Source: Candidatus Latescibacterota bacterium (GTDB lineage Bacteria; Latescibacterota; UBA2968). Taken from it: 64,000 nt of DNA. Every line of letters begins with the position of its first letter. Within the stretch, counting starts at the first letter, position 1. Positions 12,478-21,965 of this stretch are shown piece after piece. Position numbers and translations under genes: made by a program. The notes beneath the pieces were generated by a model that saw only the letters and a program-made list of their open reading frames with translations, had not been told where the DNA came from and made no database searches. The stretch lies in NCBI GenBank assembly GCA_965204745.1, contig OZ242010.1, positions 1,856,001-1,920,000 on the forward strand, read 5' to 3'.

Positions 12478-12494
12478 ATTCGGAGAACGAGAAG

Positions 12495-12845
12495 ATGAAC
12501 GATCCCATAACAGCCCCCGCAAAGAAACCGCGGCCGCTCTGCGATGCGGGGGCAGATGCACGCAGAAAGTTTGAGGCATTGACCAGCCAGTGGAAAGTCG
12601 AGAAGGTGTTTATCTCTTCGGTGCCCGATATGGCAATGCTTTCACCCTATCAGCAAATTATCGGCATGGGTGAACAGGCGATTCCCTTTATCCTCAAAGA
12701 ATTGGAACGGGAACCCGATCATTGGTTTTGGGCTTTGCGTGCGATATTGGGCGACATCGATCCCGTACCTCCTGCGAGCAAGGGAAAAGTCAAAGAAATG
12801 GCAGAGGCATGGATTTTTTGGGGGAAGAAAGAGGGATGGATATAA
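12495..12845 (+). CDS. Small hypothetical protein, first gene of a coupled pair
   Basis: PYQQIIGMG...LKELEREPDHWFWAL motif; GGAG RBS; overlaps next start. Confidence 0.7.
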   Translation: MNDPITAPAKKPRPLCDAGADARRKFEALTSQWKVEKVFISSVPDMAMLSPYQQIIGMGEQAIPFILKELEREPDHWFWALRAILGDIDPVPPASKGKVKEMAEAWIFWGKKEGWI

Positions 12846-13258
12846 ACATCGCATTTCCCGCGTTATCAAATTACGAAGTGACCAGTCCGCAGGCCGTCAA
12901 TTACAACTGTATTGCATGGGCAGCGGGCAAAGATGATGCATGGTGGTGGCCCCATCCCGATTACTACTGGCCCCAAGATGTGCCCTTAGACGCATCTTTA
13001 GAGGGCTTTGTCGAGCTTTTCCGCACGCTCGGCTATGAGGTGTGCGACAATGATTTTTTGGAATCCGGCTTTACGAAGGTTGCGATCTATGCCCGTGAAA
13101 AAAAATGCACCCATGCTGCTCGACAACTTCCCGATGGCACATGGACGAGTAAATTGGGATCAAATGTGGACATCACTCACGCCACTTTAGCAGAATTATC
13201 AGGCCCGATATACGGCGAGGTTGTGTGTGTTATGAAACGAGAAGCAGTCCATACGTAA
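12836..13258 (+). CDS. Hypothetical protein with papain-like Cys/His motifs
   Basis: YNCIAWA ... HAARQ ... WTSKLG; start overlaps upstream gene; GAGG RBS. Confidence 0.7.
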   Translation: MDINIAFPALSNYEVTSPQAVNYNCIAWAAGKDDAWWWPHPDYYWPQDVPLDASLEGFVELFRTLGYEVCDNDFLESGFTKVAIYAREKKCTHAARQLPDGTWTSKLGSNVDITHATLAELSGPIYGEVVCVMKREAVHT

Positions 13259-13283
13259 AAATACCAAGACCGTGACCGAATCA

Positions 13284-13319
13284 AAAAGCCCCGTTGGTCC
13301 AATGACCAGCGGGGCTTTT
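13284..13319. terminator. Bidirectional intrinsic terminator
   Basis: AAAAGCCCCGTTGGTC-CAAT-GACCAGCGGGGCTTTT between convergent genes. Confidence 0.85.
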
Positions 13320-13379
13320 GTATGGCAAATATCAAATTGATAGATTCGGGTGCGGGTGAGAACCGCTACATCGCATCCG

Positions 13380-14660
13380 TCAAGTACCCTCCTCGCGCAC
13401 ATCCACTTGGCCGGTGACCACGTCGGCGATCAGGCGCGTGCGGTATTCGCTCAACAAGTTGATCTCCCGCTGGGCACGCGCCATAGCGGCGTCAATGGCG
13501 GCGGTCTGTTTGTCCAAATACGCGGCGATAGCGGCTTGCTCGGCGAGGGGTGGGATGGGTAAAAGCGCGGATTTGATTGCACGCTGAGACAAGCCATAAC
13601 GAGTTACCCCGTTGGCCGCTATATGGAACTGATAAGCAATCGCCGAACTCTGTAAGGCATAAAAAAGATACGCACCATTGAGCACTGTTTTCAACGGACG
13701 GAGCAAGGCCAAATGGTACCCGCAAACCAAGTCTCTTGCCGAATACTCAACGAATGCAGGCACTCCGATGTCGTTCCATACTTCCGAATCTTTGGTAATC
13801 AGAACGTCGCCGACTTCTAACCGGAAGCGATCTATTTCGTCCGCCTTAGCAGTAGCCCGCATAAACGGCATATTCTCGGTAATGCGGTCGTTTTTGTACA
13901 CGTCAACATAATTGCAAAGTCGGACGGGAAGTTCGCCCTCTTTGCTATGTTTATCAACGTTACTCACCTTCATCTTGACAGCGTGTCGTAACCGCCGCAC
14001 CTCCCAATGCGTGGGCACATCGCCGAGCCACTCCACGCCAGAGGGCTTAAGGGGCACATCCGGGTCAAGTCCTTGCGTGACCGTCTCGTGGATAACGGCT
14101 TGCCGATATTCCTTGAGCAACTCGAGGAGTCGCTCCCTGCTACGGAGGTAGCGGCGGATGCGCCCATCGGTGTGATCGAGGTAGCGAACGATAGCGGCTT
14201 GCTCGGCGAGGGGTGGATAACAGCCTATATGCTGATAAGCATCCTCTCGGTTGAGTCCGGGTATCGCCGAATCTTTGGAAACCGCGTCCAATTTTAACCA
14301 ACCAAGCAAGTAGTAGAGCCAACGGATATTCGCGCCGGTGTGCCGCCTATCCACAAAAAACGTCGTGTCGATTGCAAATACCGGCTTCGCTGAATAATGC
14401 ACTTTTCCAAAGGACCCTTTGCGACCAACAATCAAACACTGACCGCTGGTATTGGGACTTGAATGCACGCCCACTTGACCGTTTGAGCCATAGACTGGAA
14501 CGGTGCCGGCGGCGCGGTTTTCAGCGGATAGAGAATTCCCATACGCCAAGCGACAGATATTCTTTAACCGCCGCACCTCCCAATGCGCGGGCACGTCGCC
14601 GAGCCACTCCACGCCCGAGGGCTTGTAATGGGGATAGGGTTTCAGGGCATTAGCGTTCAT
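13380..14660 (-). CDS. hsdS: Type I restriction-modification specificity subunit, solitary
   Basis: Two KPSGVEWLGDVPxHWEVRRL and two PPLAEQAAI conserved blocks bracketing two TRDs; ends LIADVVTGQVDV. Confidence 0.93.
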   Translation of the reverse strand: MNANALKPYPHYKPSGVEWLGDVPAHWEVRRLKNICRLAYGNSLSAENRAAGTVPVYGSNGQVGVHSSPNTSGQCLIVGRKGSFGKVHYSAKPVFAIDTTFFVDRRHTGANIRWLYYLLGWLKLDAVSKDSAIPGLNREDAYQHIGCYPPLAEQAAIVRYLDHTDGRIRRYLRSRERLLELLKEYRQAVIHETVTQGLDPDVPLKPSGVEWLGDVPTHWEVRRLRHAVKMKVSNVDKHSKEGELPVRLCNYVDVYKNDRITENMPFMRATAKADEIDRFRLEVGDVLITKDSEVWNDIGVPAFVEYSARDLVCGYHLALLRPLKTVLNGAYLFYALQSSAIAYQFHIAANGVTRYGLSQRAIKSALLPIPPLAEQAAIAAYLDKQTAAIDAAMARAQREINLLSEYRTRLIADVVTGQVDVREEGT

Positions 14661-14711
14661 AGTTAAGTCCAACCGATACTTAATACCAAATTGAATTGAT
14701 GTTAGCCTGAT

Positions 14712-15109
14712 ATGCGAATAAAGCGTTGAATCCATTTATTGGGACCTACCCCCCTGGCCCCCCTTCCTGTGAGGAAGGGGGGAATGGCGAGGGGTTGTGC
14801 GAGGGGTTTTCGCATTCGTTCGCCCTGCGGTATTCGCGGCAATCATGGGAATGGCGAGGGGTTGTGCGAGGGGTTTGGGTTTCCAGGGCGTGATCTATTC
14901 GCTCAAAGCCATCAGAACAGCCAGGGAGACAAACCTTCAAAAAGCCATGCGCTCCCCCTTTCCTTGTAGGAAAGGGGGCCGGGGGGATAGGTCCTACGAG
15001 GAAGGGGAAGAACATCTATCGTTGCGGAGAGGAGCCGGATGACTCGTCCATGTCTTTGGGCGATTGGGCGCGGCTTGCTTCCTACTCGCTTTCTACTCTT
15101 AATTCGCAT
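14712..15109 (+). mobile_element. IS982-derived MITE (both ends, no transposase) carrying REP-like palindromes
   Basis: Left end ATGCGAATAAAGCGTTGAATCCAT resembles the IS left end; right ~68 bp match the IS982 3' end; 5-bp direct repeat CTGAT at 14707-14711 and 15110-15114. Confidence 0.8.
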
Positions 15110-15136
15110 CTGATGTGATGCAGTACGTCAGCTAAG

Positions 15137-18100
15137 CTAAGCCATCCCTCGCACTTGTTCCAATTTATCGCACAATCGCTTGGGCGATACTTTTTGGGCC
15201 GTGCCGAGTTCTTGGGCGAAGACCGAGACGCGAAATTCTTCGACCATCCAGCGCAACGCCTCAACCGCCTCGCGCTTTTCGCCCGTCAGTTCCGAAGCCA
15301 GTAATTCCGCCACCGCGTCGCAAAAGGGCTGAACCTGCTCGGCTTTTTGGCGATCCTTTAGCGGATCGATGCGGGCGCGCTCGGCGCGGATCCGAATCGC
15401 CTTCAAGAATCGCCCCAGATTCAGCACTTGTTCATAAGGCGTATGGCGCAAAAAATCCGGGGGCATCAAGCGCGCGAGATCGGCGTCCATCTCGGGATAC
15501 GCGCTCGGCAACAGGCGAATTTCCCGGTGCGTTTCAAACAGGGATTCGAGCGCGTGGATCAGTTGCGGGCCGACGTGTTGCAAGTACAATCGCGCTTGTT
15601 GAATGCGCGCTTCAAAGCGTTGACGAGTGATGGGAAATGCCGGCTCCCGGTTAAATAAATGGGCCATCGCATTTTGGTATGCCCCCTCGCGCATGGCGGC
15701 ACTATTCGCCCCATGTTGCAACGCGCCCAATGACCGCCTCAACGCCCGCATCTCGTTTTGCATGGCGCGCTCGCACAGGCGCGTCCACCCCTCGCGCGTC
15801 TCGCGCTCGGCCTCGTCTGCTCGCTTGAACAAGCGCGCATCCACGCGCTCCCCATCGCGCATCAGCCCCACATAGCCAAATATCGGCACCCCGCCTGCGC
15901 GCATCACCTCTACGCGCTCGGGCAAATCCCCGAGCGTATCTCCGGTCACATCGCGCTGCGCCACGCGCTTTTCCGCCTTTTGCCACGCATCGGATTGCAC
16001 GTCTTCTGCGTGTGCGTCCAATTGCTCGCGCAAGGCGTGCAAATCCCGCGCCGCAACTATCGCTTCGTCATCCTCGCCTTGAACTTCCACGCGCATCTGA
16101 ATGTGGTCGGGCAAGTCGCACACCTTCCAATCGCTTTGCGAAATCTCGACGCCGTAAGCCCGCTGAATATGCGCGGACAGGGAATCCAAAAACGCGCCGT
16201 GTGTGGGTCGTAATGTTGCGGCGATTTCTCGCGCCTTGTCTGGCACCGGCACAAAGCGTTTGCGAACGCGCTTTGGCAACCCGCGCAATAAATGTGTGAT
16301 TTTCTCTTGCAACAGCCCCGGCACCAGCCAGTCTAGCACTTCGGGTTGCAAGAAATGCACCAGTTTGTAGGGCAACTTCAAGGTTATGCCATCGTGGTCG
16401 TGCCCGGGCCGATACGCATAAGAAAGCGGCACGGGTTCGCCATCCACCTCTAAAAACTCGGGAAACGCCTCTGCATCAAAATCCACTTGTTCGCCCGCCA
16501 AATCCTCCTCGCGCATCATCAAAAAATCCGCGCCCCGTTTTGTCAGGAAGCGGTTTAAGTCGTGCGTGGAAGACACGTCTGCCAACCGATCCGCGTAAAA
16601 CCGGTACGCGGCCTCGTCCAAATCGAGAAATTGCACGGCGCGTTGCTGCATCTGCCAGGTTTCCACGCGCGCACGCAACTCCCGGTTGTGGGCCACAAAC
16701 GGATAGGGCAGGGCGACCTCGTCATTGACCAGGGCCTCGCGGATAAAAACCTCGGTCGCGGCTTCTGCATTGACGCGCCCATAGCCCACGCGCTTTTGCC
16801 GAACCTGCAAGCCGTGCAGGGTCAGGGTCTCGGTCGCCAGCACCCTGCCAGAACGCGCGCTGTAAAACGGCTCTTTGTAAGACGCGCGGCACAAATGCGC
16901 CCCTAATTCCACCAGCCATGGCGCCTGCACCCCGGCCACTGTGCGCGCAAACAACCGCGAGGTTTCCACCACCTCTGCGGCGGCGATCCACTCGGGCGTG
17001 GTCTTCCCGCGCTCTGCTTTGCGTTGAAATAACCCGGACCCGGGAAATAACATCACATCTCGACCACGCGCTGCGCGATACAGATTGCCTTCCTTTTTTT
17101 GTGCCACATGGTCCAACGAGCCGCTGATGATGGCGCGGTGGATGGCGTCGTAGCTCGCGGCGTCCCGATTCATGCGGAACCCGCGCATCTCGCGCAAGGT
17201 GTGGCGAATTTGCGTGTAGATATCGCGCCATTCGCGCATGCGGTTGTAGGATAAGAAATGTCGGTTGCAAAATTTTCGCATCTGCCCTTGGGTTCTCAAT
17301 TTTTCAAACGTATCGTGGTACGCGCGCCAGATATTCAGCAGGGTCACAAAATCGGACGCGCTATCGACAAATCGCCGGTGCTCGCGGTCCGCTTCTCGCT
17401 CGTGGCCCAGGGGGCGCACGCGCGGGTCTTGGATGCTGATTGCCGATGCGATGATCAGCACTTCGCGCAGCGCGCCTTCTTTTCGCGCTTGCAAAATCAT
17501 CCGCGAGACTTTGGGCGCGAGGGGCAACCGCGCCATGTCTCGGCCGAGGGGCGTCAGGCGTTTGTCGTCATCTATCGCGCCCAGTGCTTTTAGCAACTGA
17601 AATCCCCCGCGGATCGCCTGCGCGCCGGGGGGATCGATAAAGGGAAAGGTCTCGACATCGCCCAAGCGCAGGGCGATCATCCGCAAAATGACCTCGGCCA
17701 GGTCCGACCGCTGGATCTCGGCTTGCGTGTATTCGGGCCGGGCAAGAAAATCCCGCTCGTCGTACAGGCGAATACACACGCCATTTTGCACGCGCCCGCA
17801 CCGGCCTGCGCGCTGCTGTGCGCTGCTTTGGGCAATCGCCTCCACCGGCAACCGATGCGTCTGATTGCGCGGATTGTACCGGCTGATGCGCGCCAAGCCC
17901 GTGTCGATCACATAGCGGATGCCCGGAATGGTGATCGAGGTTTCCGCGATATTCGTCGCTACCACCACGCGCCGATATCGCTGTTTGTGAAACACCTTTT
18001 GCTGGTCGGCCGAGGTCAACCTGCCGAACAAGGGCAGTATTTCCGTGAAGCGAAATTGCCGTCCTTCCAGACGCCTGCGCGTTTCGTGGATGTCCTTTTC

Positions 18101-19015
18101 CGTGGGCATGAAGACCAGCACGTCGCCCGGCCCGGCCATGACCACCTGCTCCACCGAGTCAACCGCCGCGTCGATGTACGTGTACGCGTCGCTTTGCCCA
18201 TCTCCCAAGGGCGCGTATTGCACGTCCACCGGGTACACGCGCCCGGACACTTCGATGATGGGGGCATTGTCAAATGCCTTGGAAAACGCCTCGGTGTCAA
18301 TCGTGGCCGAGGTGATGATCACGCGCAATTCCGGGCGGTGCTTTCGCAACACGCGCAAGTACCCGAGCAAGAAGTCGATGTTCAAACTGCGCTCGTGCGC
18401 TTCGTCGATGATCGCGGTGTCGTATTCGTACAAATTCGGATCGCCCTGAATCTCGGATAGCAGCATGCCATCCGTCATCATCTTGATCCGAGTTTCGGCC
18501 GTGGTCTCATCCGTGAACCGAATTTTGCAACCGACCTCGGCGCCCCATGCGACATTCAATTCTTCGGCAATGCGCCGGGACACGGATACGGCAGCCACGC
18601 GACGGGGTTGGGTACACGCGATTTTCGCCTCCATCCCGCGCCCGGCTTCCAAACACATCTTGGGCAACTGCGTGGTTTTTCCAGAGCCGGTCTCGCCGGC
18701 CACAATCACGACGGGATGTTCTCGAATCGCCGCGACGATTTCGTCTTTGCGCGCCGTGATCGGCAGGTCTTCGGGATAGGTGATATTCAGTGGATTCTCG
18801 CAACGGGCTTTCCGCAATGCCGCGGATCTTTCGGCCCGCGCTTTGAGTTTGTGCAATGCCGCTGCATCTCGCCGCTTGCGCCGCTGCATCTGCCGCAACT
18901 GTCGCGCTATCGCCACGCGGTCTTGTAACATACACGCGGGCAACAGTGACCACACCACCGATGGCAGGCTCGGCCGCCGCTTGCGCGATTTGGGTTTTCT
19001 TTTTTTTATTTGCAT
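15137..19015 (-). CDS. hrpA: ATP-dependent RNA helicase HrpA
   Basis: GETGSGKTTQLP, DEAH, SAT, QRAGRCGR, C-terminal RWMVEEFRVSVFAQELGT. Confidence 0.95.
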   Translation of the reverse strand: MQIKKRKPKSRKRRPSLPSVVWSLLPACMLQDRVAIARQLRQMQRRKRRDAAALHKLKARAERSAALRKARCENPLNITYPEDLPITARKDEIVAAIREHPVVIVAGETGSGKTTQLPKMCLEAGRGMEAKIACTQPRRVAAVSVSRRIAEELNVAWGAEVGCKIRFTDETTAETRIKMMTDGMLLSEIQGDPNLYEYDTAIIDEAHERSLNIDFLLGYLRVLRKHRPELRVIITSATIDTEAFSKAFDNAPIIEVSGRVYPVDVQYAPLGDGQSDAYTYIDAAVDSVEQVVMAGPGDVLVFMPTEKDIHETRRRLEGRQFRFTEILPLFGRLTSADQQKVFHKQRYRRVVVATNIAETSITIPGIRYVIDTGLARISRYNPRNQTHRLPVEAIAQSSAQQRAGRCGRVQNGVCIRLYDERDFLARPEYTQAEIQRSDLAEVILRMIALRLGDVETFPFIDPPGAQAIRGGFQLLKALGAIDDDKRLTPLGRDMARLPLAPKVSRMILQARKEGALREVLIIASAISIQDPRVRPLGHEREADREHRRFVDSASDFVTLLNIWRAYHDTFEKLRTQGQMRKFCNRHFLSYNRMREWRDIYTQIRHTLREMRGFRMNRDAASYDAIHRAIISGSLDHVAQKKEGNLYRAARGRDVMLFPGSGLFQRKAERGKTTPEWIAAAEVVETSRLFARTVAGVQAPWLVELGAHLCRASYKEPFYSARSGRVLATETLTLHGLQVRQKRVGYGRVNAEAATEVFIREALVNDEVALPYPFVAHNRELRARVETWQMQQRAVQFLDLDEAAYRFYADRLADVSSTHDLNRFLTKRGADFLMMREEDLAGEQVDFDAEAFPEFLEVDGEPVPLSYAYRPGHDHDGITLKLPYKLVHFLQPEVLDWLVPGLLQEKITHLLRGLPKRVRKRFVPVPDKAREIAATLRPTHGAFLDSLSAHIQRAYGVEISQSDWKVCDLPDHIQMRVEVQGEDDEAIVAARDLHALREQLDAHAEDVQSDAWQKAEKRVAQRDVTGDTLGDLPERVEVMRAGGVPIFGYVGLMRDGERVDARLFKRADEAERETREGWTRLCERAMQNEMRALRRSLGALQHGANSAAMREGAYQNAMAHLFNREPAFPITRQRFEARIQQARLYLQHVGPQLIHALESLFETHREIRLLPSAYPEMDADLARLMPPDFLRHTPYEQVLNLGRFLKAIRIRAERARIDPLKDRQKAEQVQPFCDAVAELLASELTGEKREAVEALRWMVEEFRVSVFAQELGTAQKVSPKRLCDKLEQVRGMA

Positions 19016-19018
19016 TTT

Positions 19019-19225
19019 TTATATCCGGTCTTCCTCACGAGGGATATCCGTTTCAATGCCCTGTATAAATCCGCGCATCTGCCGCATGGGACGCACGGGA
19101 ATCAATTCAATGCGGTTGTTATATGCGATGGCTTGAACTCGTTGCCCAGGTTCAAGGTTCAACTCGTCCCGAATATCTTTTGGGATGACAACCTGAAATT
19201 CTGATGAGATAGTCACGGTTGACAT
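19019..19225 (-). CDS. AbrB/MazE/SpoVT family antitoxin-like protein
   Basis: STVTISSEFQVVIPKDIRDELNLEPG; GGAGG RBS. Confidence 0.88.
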   Translation of the reverse strand: MSTVTISSEFQVVIPKDIRDELNLEPGQRVQAIAYNNRIELIPVRPMRQMRGFIQGIETDIPREEDRI

Positions 19226-19312
19226 GCAATCCTCCATTGATCATTTTCTCGTATGGCATACCCAATATACCAAAAGCCCTAATTTGTTCAAAACCTATCA
19301 GGAGCGACGAGG

Positions 19313-19555
19313 ATGAACAAAACCACCATTCGCATGAGCGCGTTTACGCAGAATCGCCTCAAAAAAATCGCACGCAGAAAAAGCGTGTCGGTTAGCCATC
19401 TCATCAACGAAATGGCCCTGAGGTATATCGGTGCAGAGGAAGGGGCGCGAATGATGCAGGAACGCGCACAGAATGGCTCCAAAATCAAAGCCAGGGGCGT
19501 GCTCGATGCCGTTCGCCAAGCGAATAAACCGCCCGTTCCCGGAGACGAAAAATAG
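19313..19555 (+). CDS. Small CopG/RHH-like DNA-binding protein (antitoxin-like)
   Basis: TTIRMS...LKKIARRKSVSVSHLINE pattern; AGGAG RBS. Confidence 0.65.
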   Translation: MNKTTIRMSAFTQNRLKKIARRKSVSVSHLINEMALRYIGAEEGARMMQERAQNGSKIKARGVLDAVRQANKPPVPGDEK

Positions 19556-19642
19556 CCCGATTTTTTTTACGCCCATTTCTTCCAAAAAAGGCCAGCGCAC
19601 GATGTGTGTCTGGCCTTTTGCATTTCAGATTTGGAAATTGTC

Positions 19643-20380
19643 CTACAAGCCCTCCCAATATTCCCACATATCGTCCGGCGTCTCGAAGCGCATCTCGTTG
19701 TTGTCCTTGCGCCGGAACCGGCTCACAAAGGCCATGCGAATATCGCGACCGCAATTCACGCCCGGGCTGTGCAACATCAGGTGGTGCCAGAACGTCACCG
19801 TGCCCGGCGGGCCCGTAATGTCGATGGGCGTGGGCAGGTCGCAATACGCGCCATGTTCATTGCGAAACGCATTCAGGCCATTCACCAAGCTGTGCGTCTT
19901 GAAATACTCATACGCCCGCTTGTGCGAGCCGGGCCAGACCGTGAACCCACCCGAGCGCGGTTTGATGTGGTTGATGTTCACAGTCACCGCAATCGCAAAG
20001 GTGTCCACCACGCCTTCACATGTATAGCCATCCATGTGCATCTGCGTCGCGGGCGTCCAATTGTCGTGGCCTTCGGGATACACCATCTTGGCAAAGGTGT
20101 AATTCGACACGGCCAACGTGTCTTTGCCCACCAATTCCTCGCACATGTCTTGAATCGGGGTGTCGGTCAAGGTCGCGCGCACAGCGGGATGGTTGCTGCA
20201 TTTCAAGTTGCCCCGAGGCCCGGCATCGATCCAAGTTTGGGGATCATCGCGGTCCGCGTCGATCTCATCCCACACCACATCCACGGCCTTGTCGATCAAG
20301 TGCAAGGGCACCACATCGCGCTTGACGACGTACCCCTGTTCCTTGAAGTGCTGCTTTTCTCGGTCGGTAAAATAAGCCAT
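19643..20380 (-). CDS. PhyH-family dioxygenase
   Basis: FKEQGYVV, HMDG, GFTVWPGSH, LMLHSPGVN; GGAG RBS. Confidence 0.85.
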   Translation of the reverse strand: MAYFTDREKQHFKEQGYVVKRDVVPLHLIDKAVDVVWDEIDADRDDPQTWIDAGPRGNLKCSNHPAVRATLTDTPIQDMCEELVGKDTLAVSNYTFAKMVYPEGHDNWTPATQMHMDGYTCEGVVDTFAIAVTVNINHIKPRSGGFTVWPGSHKRAYEYFKTHSLVNGLNAFRNEHGAYCDLPTPIDITGPPGTVTFWHHLMLHSPGVNCGRDIRMAFVSRFRRKDNNEMRFETPDDMWEYWEGL

Positions 20381-20475
20381 CGTTCGCTCCAAAGGTGAAA
20401 GGCGAGCCGTGTGTAGAGGCGATGCCCCCGTGCTCGCCCAAAGATACGAGAGGGAAAGGCAGTTGTCAGTTGTCA

Positions 20476-21459
20476 ATGCGAATTAAGAGTTGAATCCATC
20501 GCGTACTTGTCTTTTCTTGAGGGCTCAGTCATTTCACCCTTAAAGGAAGGAGCACGCGATGGATTGGCAAGATAAACTCATTCACTTGTATGTCTATATT
20601 TGTCAGCAGTATGACCAAAAGCATCTGTGGTTTTATACGGAACGCATGAGCAATAACGATACGCCGACCTTCACAGATGAAGAAGTGCTGACGATCTATT
20701 TGTTTGGGATCATGCAACAGCACACGCAGATCAAGGCGATTTATACCTATACCAAGGATCATCTTTCCGACTGGTTTCCCCATCTGCCCACTTATGCAGG
20801 CTATATCCAGCGGTTGAACCGCTTGTGTGTGGTCTTCGCGCCATTGATTGAACAAATCCAAAAGGACAGTCCCGCAACCGATCTCTCTGAACACACCTAC
20901 TTGGTGGATTCCATGCCGATTGTCATGGCACAATCGGCACGCAGCGGTCAGGCGTGTGTGGCCGAAGAACAACTGGCCAACAAAGGCCGCTGCGCTTCCA
21001 AAAAGATGTGGTATTACGGCACCAAACTGCACATTGTCGCACAAGACCGTGAGAACGGCCTCCCGAAAGCAGAGTACATCGGCTTGACAGGTGCAGCAGA
21101 GCATGACCTGACCGCTTTGCGACAAGTCTTACCCGTTTTGCGTGATGGACACCTCTACGGCGATAAAATCTACGCCGATCAGCCCTTAAAAGACACGCTT
21201 AGCAAACAGCAGAACCTGATCTTCGAGACGCCGGTGAAGCGCAAGAAGGGACAAGAAAGCCTGACCGAAGCCGAAAAAGACTATTCTCGGGCGGTTTCGA
21301 GCATACGACAGCCGATTGAGGCCTTGTTCAGTTGGATTGAACGAAAGACGAACATCTCGATGGCGTCTCGGGTACGATCCTATGAGGGCTTACTCGTTCA
21401 TGTCTTTGGGCGATTGACCGCGGCTTGCTTCTTACTCGCTTTCTACTCTTAATTCGCAT
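20476..21459 (+). mobile_element. IS982-family insertion sequence, intact
   Basis: 15-bp IRs ATGCGAATTAAGAGT / ACTCTTAATTCGCAT; 5-bp TSD TGTCA; inside a GTTGTCA tandem repeat. Confidence 0.9.
20559..21452 (+). CDS. IS982-family DDE transposase
   Basis: TDEEVLTI, VDSMPI, YYGTKLH, GDKIY, RQPIE motifs. Confidence 0.9.
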   Translation: MDWQDKLIHLYVYICQQYDQKHLWFYTERMSNNDTPTFTDEEVLTIYLFGIMQQHTQIKAIYTYTKDHLSDWFPHLPTYAGYIQRLNRLCVVFAPLIEQIQKDSPATDLSEHTYLVDSMPIVMAQSARSGQACVAEEQLANKGRCASKKMWYYGTKLHIVAQDRENGLPKAEYIGLTGAAEHDLTALRQVLPVLRDGHLYGDKIYADQPLKDTLSKQQNLIFETPVKRKKGQESLTEAEKDYSRAVSSIRQPIEALFSWIERKTNISMASRVRSYEGLLVHVFGRLTAACFLLAFYS

Positions 21460-21595
21460 TGTCAGTTGTCAGTTGTCAGTTGTCAGTTGACTAATTCTAA
21501 CGAACCATAGCGGTGGGGAGCGGGCGGGGACTGACCACTGACTACTTGGGCGGTAGGGGCAGGTGGGGGCTGACCACTGACTACTGTCAGTCCCC
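21460..21595. repeat. GTTGTCA tract followed by inverted CTGACCACTGACTACT units
   Basis: Direct reading; ~4 heptamer units, then two copies of CTGACCACTGACTACT. Confidence 0.7.
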
Positions 21596-21965
21596 GCCTA
21601 TGCCAAAATATCGGATATTTTTTTGCAGAAATCAACCATCTCATTAAGTTGCGCGAGCCAAGCCAGCGCGACTTCGGACGGGGAATAGTCCCGTCGCCAT
21701 CAATGGGCGGTTGTTGCCGCTCTCGTGAAATCGCGCCCACAATGCGTTCAAATCTTCGCGGTACCTGTGGACTTTTTGTTCTATGACGGGCGACAAATTG
21801 AGACACGTTGTTGTAGGGCATTGACCGCTTTGGAGGATAATAAACAAATTTTGGCGTGTAATATCAACAGGTTATCGAGAAACTGAGTTGGACGATGCGG
21901 TTGGCAAGTTATTTGCAAGTTGGGGATGCAAAGCGATTGGCAACCATTCACTGGGGAAAGGGGTT

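Noticed and set aside
14661-14735. N-terminal extension of HsdS (MDSTLYSH...)
   Set aside because: Its start codon lies in the IS982-derived end; hsdS-like sequence begins at ATG 14660
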